Below the pieces are notes generated by a model. That model was not told the origin of the DNA and made no database searches. It saw only the letters and a program-made list of their open reading frames with translations. Shown here piece after piece: positions 16,121 through 26,915 of a stretch of 32,000 bases of DNA. Source of the stretch: Candidatus Thorarchaeota archaeon (GTDB lineage Archaea > Asgardarchaeota > Heimdallarchaeia > Hodarchaeales > Hodarchaeaceae); the NCBI GenBank assembly GCA_048882505.1, contig JBHLRO010000011.1, positions 60,001-92,000 of the forward strand, in the 5' to 3' direction. Made by a program: the position numbers and the translations under genes. Numbering within the stretch: the stretch's first letter is position 1; every line of letters starts with the position of its first letter.

Positions 16121-16864
16121 ATGTATCACATGGATCTGTCATCCGTGTTCTTTGATGACGGGGGAGTCTTGAATGATAATTCTATACGACATGACCAATG
16201 GATGGAACTCAGTGCCCAATACTTTCAACCTCGGTATGGAGGGAAGCATCAAACATGGCGAGAAGCCAATCATAAAGCGATTGGGATCCTTATCGATGAA
16301 TTACGCACACGGATTAGGGATTCCCAGAATCTGGAATTCCAAAAACACCAAGAATTACTAGATGAATTATGGATAAATCACATGTTTGAAATTGTCGGAG
16401 TGAAAAAACCCCCAAGAAGCGAATACTACAGACTATGTCGTGAAGCAGAAGAATGGATTGTTCCCCAAGTTCAGGCGGGGATCGATGGTATAATTCCTGT
16501 CATCCGGAATTTGAAATCATTAGGATATGACCTTTATACAGCCTCTGGAGAGACATCCTGGACATTGCAGGGGTATTTATCAAGTATGGGGATCCTCGAT
16601 TGTTTTGTCACCCTTTATGGCCCCGATCTAATTGGTATGATGAAGGGAGGGAATGAATTTTACAAAGGCATATTCTCCCATGCCAAAGTAAATCCGTCTC
16701 AGTCTCTGGTTATCGATGATAATCCTAAAATGTTAAGGTTAGCGGATCAACTCGGTGCCTTTACTATCCAATCTTGTGTCCCAAGGGAATTAGAACCAGA
16801 TTGGAAATATTATTATAGAACTCCTTCGGAGTTGGTTGAATTGATCAAGCGGATCATTTCTTAG
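16121..16864 (+). CDS. HAD superfamily hydrolase
   Basis: Motif I FFDDGGVL, motif II TASG, a Lys motif, and motif IV VIDDN. Confidence 0.85.
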   Translation: MYHMDLSSVFFDDGGVLNDNSIRHDQWMELSAQYFQPRYGGKHQTWREANHKAIGILIDELRTRIRDSQNLEFQKHQELLDELWINHMFEIVGVKKPPRSEYYRLCREAEEWIVPQVQAGIDGIIPVIRNLKSLGYDLYTASGETSWTLQGYLSSMGILDCFVTLYGPDLIGMMKGGNEFYKGIFSHAKVNPSQSLVIDDNPKMLRLADQLGAFTIQSCVPRELEPDWKYYYRTPSELVELIKRIIS

Positions 16865-16951
16865 ATAACCGAGACCAAACGATCATCTTGACTCCATACG
16901 AAAAATGACAGAATAATGATCCCTAGGGATCTTTTTTGAAGGGATTTAAAC

Positions 16952-17917
16952 TTGAATGATCCAATTCTAGTGAAAAAAATTCTAGAAGCTGAGAGACGCA
17001 TCCGAGACTATATCCGCGCGACTCCCGTCGAGTTTTCCCTCCCTCTTAGCAAGATCGGCAGAAGTCAAGTGTACCTTAAGTTGGAAAACCTTCAAATCAC
17101 AGGATCATTTAAATTTAGGGGAGCCATCAATAAAATTCTCTCCTTAACGAAGAAGGAAGTGGTCACTGCTTCATCGGGCAACCATGGGATCGCCGTTGCA
17201 CAGGCATTGAGCCTGGTAGATGGAACTGGGCTAGTTTTTTTACCCCAAAATACTGTTCAAGCTAAGATTGATGCTCTACAAAAGTTCGATGTAGAGGTTC
17301 AAGTATACGGTGAGGATGGTCAGGACACCGAGATTTATGCACGTCAGATTGCTAATCGAGAGAAAAAGACGTATGTCTCCCCATATAACGATTGGGATAT
17401 AATTGCGGGACAAGGAACAATTGGAATAGAGCTCGCGAAACAAATTCCGCATATTGATGCCGTTTTGGTAGCCATCGGTGGAGGTGGATTGATTTCGGGC
17501 ATTGCTACTTACCTAAAGAGCGTCAATCCAACGGTTGAGGTTGTAGGTTGTACTCCGCTCAACTCTCCCCCGCTTTACGAGTCGATAAAGGCAGGGAGGA
17601 TTGTAAACGTTCCCATTCATCCCACGCTTTCTGATGGAACCGCAGGCGGAATTGAACCCAATACAATAACCTTGGATTTATGTCAAAAATTGATTGATCG
17701 TTTCATTGTGGTCACAGAAGAAGAAATCAAGCAGGCAATCATTTTCATGTTAGAAAAACACCATATGGTTATTGAAGGGGCTGCTGGAGTCACCGTTGCG
17801 GCTTATTTACAAGAAAAAGAACGTTTTCATGGTAAAAATGTAGTTCTGATCATATGTGGTAGAAATATTGGATTGGATACATTGAAACGAATCATATGCG
17901 AGCAAAGGCAGCCATAA
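16952..17917 (+). CDS. PLP-dependent threonine/serine dehydratase (short type, no ACT domain)
   Basis: LKLENLQITGSFKFRGA, SSGNHG, AGQGTIG, IGGGGLISG and EGAAG. Confidence 0.92.
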   Translation: MNDPILVKKILEAERRIRDYIRATPVEFSLPLSKIGRSQVYLKLENLQITGSFKFRGAINKILSLTKKEVVTASSGNHGIAVAQALSLVDGTGLVFLPQNTVQAKIDALQKFDVEVQVYGEDGQDTEIYARQIANREKKTYVSPYNDWDIIAGQGTIGIELAKQIPHIDAVLVAIGGGGLISGIATYLKSVNPTVEVVGCTPLNSPPLYESIKAGRIVNVPIHPTLSDGTAGGIEPNTITLDLCQKLIDRFIVVTEEEIKQAIIFMLEKHHMVIEGAAGVTVAAYLQEKERFHGKNVVLIICGRNIGLDTLKRIICEQRQP

Positions 17918-18038
17918 TTGAATCTAACTTGATTATTGAATTTGGGGGATAATTATATGGCTTTCTATATGCTCTTATTCTAACAATTCCAGAGGCAGGC
18001 CATTATTAATGTTATTTCTGCAGCCCGTCAAGTCCCAC

Positions 18039-19016
18039 TTAAGGTTTGGAATAATTAAGAAACGAATCCTCAATGAACTTCATTGTATCCTTTCTTAAGG
18101 GGCCAAATTCGAGCGATTGCGCATTTTCGGTTAGTTGTTGAACATTTTTTGCTCCAGGTATAGGTATTGCGGAATCACTGAGGGCCCATATATATCCAAG
18201 TGCGGCTTGAGCCAAAGTTCTGCCATCTTCGGTTAATTTATCCTTAATAAGATTGACAAAATTCTTCATATTTGCAAAATACCCTTCTTTAAGGTTTACT
18301 CCCTTTAACCAATGATTATCTGGCAGTATATAATCCTCAGAATATTTTCCAGTAAGTAATCCATATCCGAGGGGGCTTCGAATTACACTTGCCAAGCTAT
18401 TTTTCTCACATAAACGTATCATTTCAGGATTATTCTTGGTAAAATTCAGGATGTATTGCATTGCCGTACAATTCTTTCCCTCAGCAAAGATTGCTGCTCG
18501 CTCAACATCATCAGTACTCCAACCATAACCGCCTATGATACCTTCAGATACTAGGTCTTCTAATGTTTCACGAACGTTTGGAGCATCTTCAATAGGACAT
18601 TCCCACCAGTGAAATTGATACAGATCAATAAAATCAGTTTCTAATCTTTTGCAGCTATCAAATACAGCCTTCCGAATATAATCTGGTGCAGACGTATGCT
18701 TATCGTAAATAGTCCTGGTTCCTTCCTCAAACATGCTCCCAAATTTCGTTGCAATAACAATATCATCCCGATAATCATATAGTGCCCTTCCTAGAACCTT
18801 TTCACTATGCCCAGTCCCGTAGACATCTGCAGTATCAAAGAAATTAATCCCCAAATCTACTGCCTTACGAACCGTTTTAATTGATTCTTCATCGTCCACA
18901 TGGCCGTACCCCAAATATCTACCATCTGGTAACTGGAAAGGGCCTCCAATAGCCCAACAGCCCATACCTAGTGGAGTAACACGTTTTTTACTCCCTTTTA
19001 TAGTCAAATATCGCAT
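18039..19016 (-). CDS. aldo/keto reductase
   Basis: LGMGCWAIGG, FFDTADVYG, IATKFG, IDLYQFH and PIPGAK. The start is probably ATG 19016. Confidence 0.93.
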   Translation of the reverse strand: MRYLTIKGSKKRVTPLGMGCWAIGGPFQLPDGRYLGYGHVDDEESIKTVRKAVDLGINFFDTADVYGTGHSEKVLGRALYDYRDDIVIATKFGSMFEEGTRTIYDKHTSAPDYIRKAVFDSCKRLETDFIDLYQFHWWECPIEDAPNVRETLEDLVSEGIIGGYGWSTDDVERAAIFAEGKNCTAMQYILNFTKNNPEMIRLCEKNSLASVIRSPLGYGLLTGKYSEDYILPDNHWLKGVNLKEGYFANMKNFVNLIKDKLTEDGRTLAQAALGYIWALSDSAIPIPGAKNVQQLTENAQSLEFGPLRKDTMKFIEDSFLNYSKP

Positions 19017-19348
19017 TATAGCACCTTTTACTTCTGCAGCTTGGTCCAGTAAAGTAATAATCAAATTCGAGAACTTTACAAGATCAATCCGTTCTATAAC
19101 AATTTCATTGAATATGAACCAGTTTTGTCCCCCGAATGGGGCCTATCTGGAGGAAAATGGTAACTAGATTATTATTTTTCCAAGATCATTACCTATAAAG
19201 AAAATTTCGCTTTGGGCAAAAATGAAAATGGTTTTTTCTTATTGATCTTAACACTTGGTAAGTCTGGATGTCCCTAAATGAAAAATTAAAGCTTCACCAT
19301 ACAAAGAAGCTTACACGTTTCATCTGTAGATCATCTGGAACGTGTGGA

Positions 19349-20023
19349 CTATTCTTGGTAAATATGGATCTTCGAGGATGTAGATTCAAATACAACATAC
19401 AAATTTGCAAGGATCTCGCTCAAATGTTCCGTGATGAGTTCCTCTCGCGCTCCGTAGGGACACCAGGCGAAGTAGAGAACGTTCTGGGTACTAGGAGTTA
19501 TTGATGTTTTTCTCGCTGGACCATATAAAACACTGGCCAGAATTTCATCTCCGTCTTTAAGGATCACATCATTGTCTTTCAGCGTTTGTTCCTTCCCGTT
19601 TATTTTCATATATCGTTCACCCCCTTCTGAAACATCAAAAATCAATTCTCCCTGTATTGTATCTAGATCATGCCCCGAAGTCAATATCCTGGTTTTGAGT
19701 TCCGCTAGAAACATACTATCGACAAGTATGGAAACTTGAGGAAAATGTCCCCCTTCTTTTATGGTCTTAATCTGAAATGCGATAGGATATGTCTTTCCCC
19801 ACTTTTTGAAATAGGTGTCGTATCCCCTGATAGTAGTATCTTCATCTACTTCTGGGTAAACCTCTCTGATCATCTTTTCCAGATCACGCTTTTTCGATTC
19901 TAATTCGTTATGCTTCTTTCTATTAGGTACGTCTCTCACAGCAAGCTTTCCAAATACAGCTGTTGAATATGAAGTTTTCAACTTGGGTGAGAGTTTTATT
20001 TCAATTTCTTTGAATTCATTCAC
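19349..20023 (-). CDS. standalone B3/B4 (PheT-like) tRNA-binding/editing domain protein
   Basis: LVDSMFLAELKTRILTSGHDLD, ILASVLYGP..KTSIT..T.NVLYFA. Confidence 0.8.
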   Translation of the reverse strand: MNEFKEIEIKLSPKLKTSYSTAVFGKLAVRDVPNRKKHNELESKKRDLEKMIREVYPEVDEDTTIRGYDTYFKKWGKTYPIAFQIKTIKEGGHFPQVSILVDSMFLAELKTRILTSGHDLDTIQGELIFDVSEGGERYMKINGKEQTLKDNDVILKDGDEILASVLYGPARKTSITPSTQNVLYFAWCPYGAREELITEHLSEILANLYVVFESTSSKIHIYQE

Positions 20024-20260
20024 CTTTAAGACCTCTAGATGTCATTTGCACTTGGCTACTCCTACATATTATCAGATGTGATTCATCCTGAAATTGCACA
20101 TTAATTATCATTGGTAAATGGTTTCATACTAATACCAGAGAATCGGAAATCCTGGTCAATAAAATCAAGTTAAAAGTTTAACACGGGTTGAAAAAGAACA
20201 TTAACGGATTTAATCATCAATTAAGATATAAATTTCATTCCCGTTAGAACATAAAAAATG

Positions 20261-21691
20261 TTACACATTCCTCAGGGCAATAGCCTGTTTAATATGGTCT
20301 TCCAATTGTGCCTGCTCAATTCTTTCCCTCATGGAAGCATTCTCATTTATTAAATCAAGCCACCGTTCGAAATCGGCTTCTAAAACCGATTGTTCCTCTT
20401 TTACCATCTTTTCGAGTCTTTTCAGGCCTTTTTCCACGGCGGTGAGACCTGCTTGAGACAATAATGACTGTGACCGCTGAATATCTCCTTCAAGTAGGGC
20501 GAATTTTGCTTGAAGAACTAAGGCCTCTACTGAGACTGAAAAGAAATAGGTCTTCCTTCCGATTTCATAAAGGGTTTTAGCTAGATCTATTGCTTGTTGT
20601 AGGACCAATTCTTCTCCTGAGGTCTTGAGTTCCAGTAAGTATAGATCACACAGGTGTTTAATTGCACGAACAATTAATTCAGGATCGTTCGAAACTTGAC
20701 CAACAGTCAATCGTAACTCTCGACATGGATGCTTGATAGCACTGACCGTTAACTCAGGATCGTCGAATTTTGCGACAATTTTCTCCAGAATCTCTTGGGC
20801 ATCCATTTTATGCCTAAGACGGTTACTATTCTTCAGGATCAATGCTTCTACAAGATGGGATGCTGAATTCACATAAAGACTGTTTGAATTCTTATCCATT
20901 TCTTGTAATTGTCGCCGATAACCATTTGCTTGATCTATTTGATTCATTTCTAGGGTTAATTCGACCAAACGTAAGAGAATGCTCGAACTAAGATATGTGT
21001 CTCTTGACTCCTTACTTATTACTAAGGCCTGAGTAAGAGAATCGAAAGCGTTGCCAAGTTCACCCATCTCCCAGTAGGTAGCTCCAATATTGCTTAACGA
21101 ATGAGCGATTCCGATTCTATTCTGATTATCTTCTCGTATCGCTAAGGATTTTCGGTGATACTCCAATGAAAGATCGAGCTCACCGCTTAAGTAATAGCTC
21201 CATCCCAGGTTATTGAGCGAATAACCAATATCACCCTTAAGTCCAAGTTCTTCGCGAATATCGAGGCCCTTATGAGTGCAGGTTAATGCTCGTTCAATCT
21301 TTCCTTCCATAGAATGCGCAATGCCTTGTACATGAAATATAGTTGCCTGTAGTTCTTTAACTGTTTCCCGTTCCTCCTTTTTCATTGTTTCCAAGATTTT
21401 TTCAGCGTGTTCAATAATCTTCATAGTTTCTTTGTGTTTACCAAGTCTGACTAATGCATAAGCTTTCGCTACAGTTGCCTCGAGCTCATAGATTTTATAA
21501 TTCTTATTCTGGCTCTGATTTAAAGCCTGGTCTGCGAGTTCTAAAGCTTCTTTATTCTTCCCCTTCATTCTTAGGATCTGACTCTGGAAAATTTTTTTAT
21601 CCACGTCATACTCTTCCCCTAGACTCTCGAGGTTCTTGTTGGCTTCATCAAACCTGTATTTTTGGATTAAATCCTTGGTCTGATCCAACAT
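20261..21691 (-). CDS. tetratricopeptide repeat protein
   Basis: Successive TPR-like repeats (IGYSLNNLGWSYYLSGELDLSLEY, IAHSLSNIGATYWEMGELGNA). The ATG at 21691 follows an AGGTGA SD; the ORF track starts at 21703. Confidence 0.9.
   Translation of the reverse strand: MLDQTKDLIQKYRFDEANKNLESLGEEYDVDKKIFQSQILRMKGKNKEALELADQALNQSQNKNYKIYELEATVAKAYALVRLGKHKETMKIIEHAEKILETMKKEERETVKELQATIFHVQGIAHSMEGKIERALTCTHKGLDIREELGLKGDIGYSLNNLGWSYYLSGELDLSLEYHRKSLAIREDNQNRIGIAHSLSNIGATYWEMGELGNAFDSLTQALVISKESRDTYLSSSILLRLVELTLEMNQIDQANGYRRQLQEMDKNSNSLYVNSASHLVEALILKNSNRLRHKMDAQEILEKIVAKFDDPELTVSAIKHPCRELRLTVGQVSNDPELIVRAIKHLCDLYLLELKTSGEELVLQQAIDLAKTLYEIGRKTYFFSVSVEALVLQAKFALLEGDIQRSQSLLSQAGLTAVEKGLKRLEKMVKEEQSVLEADFERWLDLINENASMRERIEQAQLEDHIKQAIALRNV
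20654..20763 (-). repeat. in-frame 75-nt-period internal duplication in the TPR gene
   Basis: 20654-20688 vs 20729-20763 match at 26/35 nt. They encode DPELIVRAIKH and DPELTVSAIKH. Confidence 0.75.
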
Positions 21692-22002
21692 CGAATTTTT
21701 CACCTAACAATCAATTATTTCGTACGTTGTTTAATTCAGAGAACGATCGTTGAGAAAAGGAGAGTAATTTACAAATGAATTCCGTACTTTTCTTTATTAA
21801 TCTTGATCTACGTAAAGAAGAAATACGAACATTAAAGGCTGTTTTGGCGGAATCAGTAATTCTCCCACTTTCTATCATCAATGTGTGAAGATTGCCATAA
21901 CGAAACGAAAGAAGATAGATAGTATCTCGAAGAAGAATGAAAGGTAATGTCCAAATTAGGATTAATAAACTCCCATATTCTTGGCTTTCATGAGGTGAAA
22001 AA

Positions 22003-22896
22003 ATGAAAAAAGACTGGAACCATGCTTACATCGATGTTAATGACATTACACTGCATTATGTCGAACAAGGAGCAGGTGATCTTGTAATTCTGCTTCATGG
22101 TTTCCCTGATTTTTGGTATACATGGCGACAGCAAATCCCTGTATTAGCAAAGCATTATCGGGTGGTTGCTCCCGACTTACGGGGATATAATAAAAGCAGC
22201 AAACCTATAGGAGTTGATCAATATGCAACTCCTGTTTTGGTTCAAGATATTGTGGGTCTTATTGAAACACTAGGAGAAAAGACAGCAGTAGTGATTGGTC
22301 ATGATTGGGGGGGTGCAGTTGCATGGAGTTTGGCTATGATGACCGATACCGTATCAAAATTAATAATTCTCAATTGTCCTCATCCTGTATCTCTTTTAGA
22401 AGCTTTTTGGTCGGTTCGATTCCAACAACTCCAAAAAAGTTGGTATGTTTTCTTTTTTCAACTCCCAAAAATCCCTGAGGTGGTTTTACTCCGAAATAAC
22501 TGTGAGGTTCTTCAGCGGATGGTGCGTGGATCTCTTCGCAACAAACAGGCCTTTACCGAAGAAGATATGCAGTTATATGTTCAGGCCTGGTCACAACCTG
22601 GGGCATTAACCGCCACTATCAACTACTATCGGGCAAACTGGAATATCACTCAATTCTTTTCAATCAAAAAAGAAGATCAGGAAAACTTCCTCAAAAGGTT
22701 CCCCAAAATTAAATGTCCCACAACGGTGATTTGGGGAGAGCAGGACATCGCCCTAGACAAATCCTTGACTTATGGATTAGAAGAGCACATTAAGGGTCCA
22801 TTTGAGCTCGTATATCATCCAAAAAGTGGGCATTGGGTACATCTTGAAGTACCAGACCTAGTAAACAAGGCGATCCTATCCTTTCTTGTTTCTTAA
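22003..22896 (+). CDS. alpha/beta hydrolase, epoxide hydrolase-like
   Basis: LLHGFPDFWYTW, APDLRGY, GHDWGG (Asp nucleophile), INYYRA, WGEQD and GHWVH. GAGGTGA SD. Confidence 0.92.
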   Translation: MKKDWNHAYIDVNDITLHYVEQGAGDLVILLHGFPDFWYTWRQQIPVLAKHYRVVAPDLRGYNKSSKPIGVDQYATPVLVQDIVGLIETLGEKTAVVIGHDWGGAVAWSLAMMTDTVSKLIILNCPHPVSLLEAFWSVRFQQLQKSWYVFFFQLPKIPEVVLLRNNCEVLQRMVRGSLRNKQAFTEEDMQLYVQAWSQPGALTATINYYRANWNITQFFSIKKEDQENFLKRFPKIKCPTTVIWGEQDIALDKSLTYGLEEHIKGPFELVYHPKSGHWVHLEVPDLVNKAILSFLVS

Positions 22897-22941
22897 TTTG
22901 TTTCTCCTTTCAATTTGAAAATCACTCCAAGGTGAACATGT

Positions 22942-23379
22942 ATGAAGACACAAAACAATACAGAAGTAGAAGCTCAAAAATCTGTTATCCCTCCACTAAT
23001 TCCACCACTTTTTCGATTTCTTCTTGAATTGACAACTTGGTTATGGTTTATTATTGCAGCTATTTATGTACATTGGATTTTTATTTCGGGCTTTATCCTA
23101 AGCGCGGCCTTATTGGGAGCGTTTAATGCACCAGGCGATAAATCCCGAGAAGGGCCCATACCTGTTGCAGGTTATCATAGGGTGACCATTGAGATATTTT
23201 CAGGCTTCCTTGGAGTGATTGGCGCTGGGGTATTGTTCAAGGAATTAGGACTCATCCTTCAATTGGCGTTAACGGTAGTGGTGTTTATCTTAGACTATGA
23301 ACGCTGGGCGTGGCTCTTAGGGTTACGAACTAAACCCCCAGAATCTGTCACAAAAATCCATGTTCTAGCTGAAAAGTAA
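22942..23379 (+). CDS. YrdB/DUF2568-like small membrane protein
   Basis: FRFLLEL...GAFNAPGD...PIPV.G..RV.IE pattern with about 4 TMs. Confidence 0.6.
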   Translation: MKTQNNTEVEAQKSVIPPLIPPLFRFLLELTTWLWFIIAAIYVHWIFISGFILSAALLGAFNAPGDKSREGPIPVAGYHRVTIEIFSGFLGVIGAGVLFKELGLILQLALTVVVFILDYERWAWLLGLRTKPPESVTKIHVLAEK

Positions 23380-23406
23380 CGATGCCTATAAAGCAGTGTG
23401 GTGTCA

Positions 23407-24783
23407 ATGAAATTTGAAGATCTAAGCCTTGATGGGGCTCCAAATATAAAAACAGAATTACCTGGAACGAGAGCAAGCGCTCTTCTGAATAAACAGAAAG
23501 AGATTGAGGGGAGTTCCATTTCATATCCATTGGGAATTCCTCTGGTATTAGAGGAGGGGCGAGGTGCAACTGTAAAAGATATAGATGGAAATGTTTTCAT
23601 CGATTTTTTTGCAGGAGCAGGAGTCTTGGCATTGGGACACTGTAATCCGCAAATTATGGAAGCAGTGAAAAAACAACAACATATGATTACTCACACTCTT
23701 GATTTTCCTACTCAGATTCGATTGAAACTAATTGAATTACTTCGATCGATTATGCCTGGGAGGTTAAAAGACAATGTAAGGATCCAATTTGGAGGGCCAA
23801 CAGGATCCGATGCTGTAGAAATGGCTATTAAGCTCGTTAAATATTATACCAAGAGGCATGCATTGATTTCATTTGAGGGGGGATATCATGGGATGACTGC
23901 AGGCGCCAGTTCACTTACTTCGGGCAGATATTGGAAAGAGAAGTATATTCCAATGTTACCAGAAGTACACTTCGTTCCTTATGCGTATTGTTATCGTTGC
24001 GCTTTCAAAAAGACCCAACATGAATGTAATCTCGAATGTGCATCATATTACGAACATGTACTTGAAGATCCCCATTCAGGGATAGTACATCCTGCTGGTA
24101 CCATAATAGAACCCATACAAGGAGAGGGAGGATCAATTATTCCACCTGATGACTTTATCACAAGTATAGCTGAAACTAGCAGGAATTATGATGTCCCCAT
24201 CATCTTTGACGAGATTCAAACAGGATTCTGCAGAACTGGGGAATTATTTTCCTTTCAACACTCCAATGCTGTTCCTGATATTATAACGATGTCTAAAGCT
24301 TTAGGGGGTGGTTTCCCCCTTTCTGCAATTGCCTATAGAGAGGAACTGAATGTATGGCGTAAAGGGGCCCATATTGGCACTTTTCGGGGTAATGTGACCG
24401 CCATGGCTGCTGGGGTTGCATCAATCGAGTTTATGCTAGAGAATAATCTGGTAAATCATGTGAAAGAAGTTGGAGCACTGGTTAAGATAAGATTAGACAG
24501 TTTAAAAGAAACTAGTACCGTTGTAGGCGATATCAGAGGAAAAGGTTTGATGTTAGGACTGGAACTAGTGGAAAACCGAGAGACGAAAAAACCTTCGTCA
24601 AAATTGGCTAGTTCCTTGCGAACAGAATGTTTTAAGAGGGGTTTGCTCATAGAAATCGGAGGACATTATGACAACGTGGCTCGATTTTTACCCCCTCTTA
24701 TAATAACAAAGGAACTCGCTAAAACCGCCACAGACATCATCATTGAATCAGTCGAATCCATAGAAAAGATAACAAAACAATAA
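23407..24783 (+). CDS. class III PLP aminotransferase, diaminobutyrate--2-oxoglutarate transaminase (Dat/EctB)-like
   Basis: DFFAGAGVLALGH, GPTGSDAVEMAIKL, GGYHGMT, EPIQGEGG, DEIQTG, SKALGGG and GTFRGN. The GPTG and GTFRGN motifs are typical of the DABA-AT branch. Confidence 0.85.
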   Translation: MKFEDLSLDGAPNIKTELPGTRASALLNKQKEIEGSSISYPLGIPLVLEEGRGATVKDIDGNVFIDFFAGAGVLALGHCNPQIMEAVKKQQHMITHTLDFPTQIRLKLIELLRSIMPGRLKDNVRIQFGGPTGSDAVEMAIKLVKYYTKRHALISFEGGYHGMTAGASSLTSGRYWKEKYIPMLPEVHFVPYAYCYRCAFKKTQHECNLECASYYEHVLEDPHSGIVHPAGTIIEPIQGEGGSIIPPDDFITSIAETSRNYDVPIIFDEIQTGFCRTGELFSFQHSNAVPDIITMSKALGGGFPLSAIAYREELNVWRKGAHIGTFRGNVTAMAAGVASIEFMLENNLVNHVKEVGALVKIRLDSLKETSTVVGDIRGKGLMLGLELVENRETKKPSSKLASSLRTECFKRGLLIEIGGHYDNVARFLPPLIITKELAKTATDIIIESVESIEKITKQ

Positions 24784-24784
24784 A

Positions 24785-26002
24785 TCATCCTGAATTCTCA
24801 GGACTAGCACGTTCTCCCTTCTTCCAGGACATTGCGAATGCTGAATAATATTCAACAGCCCTAAGTAGGTGGTCGATTGGAACTTGATCATCAGTTGTAT
24901 GTGCATACTTTTGGTTACCCGGGCCAAAGCCTATGGTTGGGATATCAAACAGTCCTTTTGTTGCTGCACCATTAGTTGAGAACGGCCAATATCCCAACCT
25001 TGGCTCCTTGTTAAACTGATTTTTATACGCTTTGATGGCTGATTGAACAAGGGGGTGATCTGGTTCAAGCTTCCATGTCGGATAGTAGCCCCTGATCGGA
25101 TATGATAGGCCACCAGGACTTGTATATTCATATTCCGGGATGAGGACCTCGGCATCACCTAGTTTTACACTGGGCAGTGCCTGTATTTCAGTAAGTACTG
25201 TTTTATCCGTTTCATTAGGATTTAGTCTTCGATCCAAATGAATTATGGCTCCATCTGCTACTGCATTGATCGCAGGAGCCGTTGAATCGATCTTGGTCAC
25301 AGTTATAGTTGCCTTTCCAAACATGGGATCTGTTGCTAGTTTCTCGTGAAGTTCCTCGATTTCTAGAATAATGGGCGCCATCTTATAGATGGCGTTTACT
25401 CCAAGGTTAGGAGTAGCACCGTGGCTGGAAATACCAGGAGTACGCACTTTTACATCAACCCGACCACGTTGTCCGATAATAATATCCAAATTTGACGGTT
25501 CGCTGAGAATAACAGCGTCGGGCGTCAAATGTTCTTCTTTGACCAAAAATTGCCAATTTAATCCTTCGTACATCTCCTCTTTAACCGAAACAACGACCAT
25601 ATACGTTAGATTCTCGGGGATACCCAGATCTTGTAATACCTTGCCTGCGTATAATGCTGCTGCGAGACCCCCCTTTTGATCACATGCACCTCGACCATAA
25701 ATAATTCCTTGTTCCAGTTTGCCCAAAAAGGGGTCATATTTCCATCCGGCTTCATTACCAACTTCCACTGTATCAGCGTGAGCGTCTATCACAAGAAGAT
25801 CTGGCCCAGAACCTAATAAACCCCGTAAATTGCCCATGTTATCGCGTCTGATTCCCTGAAATCCGATTTCGTTCATTTCCTCTTTAATTCTATTAATCAC
25901 TATAATTTCATCCGAAAATGAAGGAATCGCTATTATATCACGAACGAATTTCGTAAGTTCCGATTGGATTGCATTTGTTGTTTTGGAAATCTTCTCATTC
26001 AT
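24785..26002 (-). CDS. ygeY: YgeY family M20 metallohydrolase
   Basis: DAHADTV, GRGACDQKGG, VKEE, SEPS, GQRGR, HG, FSTNG and PTIGFGPG....AH. The start is probably ATG 26002. Confidence 0.8.
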   Translation of the reverse strand: MNEKISKTTNAIQSELTKFVRDIIAIPSFSDEIIVINRIKEEMNEIGFQGIRRDNMGNLRGLLGSGPDLLVIDAHADTVEVGNEAGWKYDPFLGKLEQGIIYGRGACDQKGGLAAALYAGKVLQDLGIPENLTYMVVVSVKEEMYEGLNWQFLVKEEHLTPDAVILSEPSNLDIIIGQRGRVDVKVRTPGISSHGATPNLGVNAIYKMAPIILEIEELHEKLATDPMFGKATITVTKIDSTAPAINAVADGAIIHLDRRLNPNETDKTVLTEIQALPSVKLGDAEVLIPEYEYTSPGGLSYPIRGYYPTWKLEPDHPLVQSAIKAYKNQFNKEPRLGYWPFSTNGAATKGLFDIPTIGFGPGNQKYAHTTDDQVPIDHLLRAVEYYSAFAMSWKKGERASPENSG

Positions 26003-26094
26003 AAAAATCATCACCAATTGCCATATCTTGTGTTCTCCTTTCTTAATCTATGTCGCTATAGTCATATTTATGTGAGAAGGTAGCTGGGGTATGA

Positions 26095-26889
26095 ATGCCA
26101 AAATCGCATACTCTTTTATTGATGGGCTCTAGCCCCGCCACAGTATACGGTGTAGATGATACGATGCGAAAAATCCCTCAGCTAAAGTTTCATGACGGAA
26201 GGATAGATGCGATAGAAAAAGATCGTCTGATTGAATTTGAAATTCGTTCCGTCCTCGATCGGTTTTATTCCAATCGAACACTCACCGCTGCCAAGGTGTT
26301 AAACGATATTGGTTCTGTCCACGTCGACTATACCAACATCCAGGATTTTCACGCAGAAATCCCTGACATTGACTCCCGGAGTGCCCGCTTGTTTACCCTA
26401 TGGGCTGAAGAAATAGACAGTAAGGACATCGCCTTGATTCTTCGGGGTTTTTTCATCTTAGTTCCTTTCGATTATTCCAAAGAAGCATTAACGTATTATT
26501 ACTACCACGAAGCGCCTTCCTATCCCATGGCTTTGATTACCGCTTTTCGAACCATTTATGATGAGGTGGATATCCTCAGTAATGTAATTGATCAGGTTGA
26601 AGAGGCTCTTTTATCCCATTGGCAGACCCTACGTAAGTCCTTGATCAGTACGCTTCAAAAAACGAAACTCTGGGAGAGATATGTCCTATCGCTGGACCAA
26701 CTCATCTATTATTCATTCTTAATTCCTTCAGTGGATCGGGAACTAATTTCTGCCTTGAAGCGGAAGAATCATAGAACTACGGGGATTATGCAAATAATGG
26801 CCTCCCAAACTCCGTCTTATGACCAAATTCAAATAAAAAACCATTTAGAAGAGGCCAAAGAGATAATAGATAAACATCGTTCCAGCTAG
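26095..26889 (+). CDS. hypothetical soluble protein
   Basis: 264-aa ORF and first gene of a probable 3-gene operon (26-nt gaps). No family recognised. Confidence 0.7.
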   Translation: MPKSHTLLLMGSSPATVYGVDDTMRKIPQLKFHDGRIDAIEKDRLIEFEIRSVLDRFYSNRTLTAAKVLNDIGSVHVDYTNIQDFHAEIPDIDSRSARLFTLWAEEIDSKDIALILRGFFILVPFDYSKEALTYYYYHEAPSYPMALITAFRTIYDEVDILSNVIDQVEEALLSHWQTLRKSLISTLQKTKLWERYVLSLDQLIYYSFLIPSVDRELISALKRKNHRTTGIMQIMASQTPSYDQIQIKNHLEEAKEIIDKHRSS

Positions 26890-26915
26890 ATCTGGAAAAT
26901 CGGGTTGAAATAACG

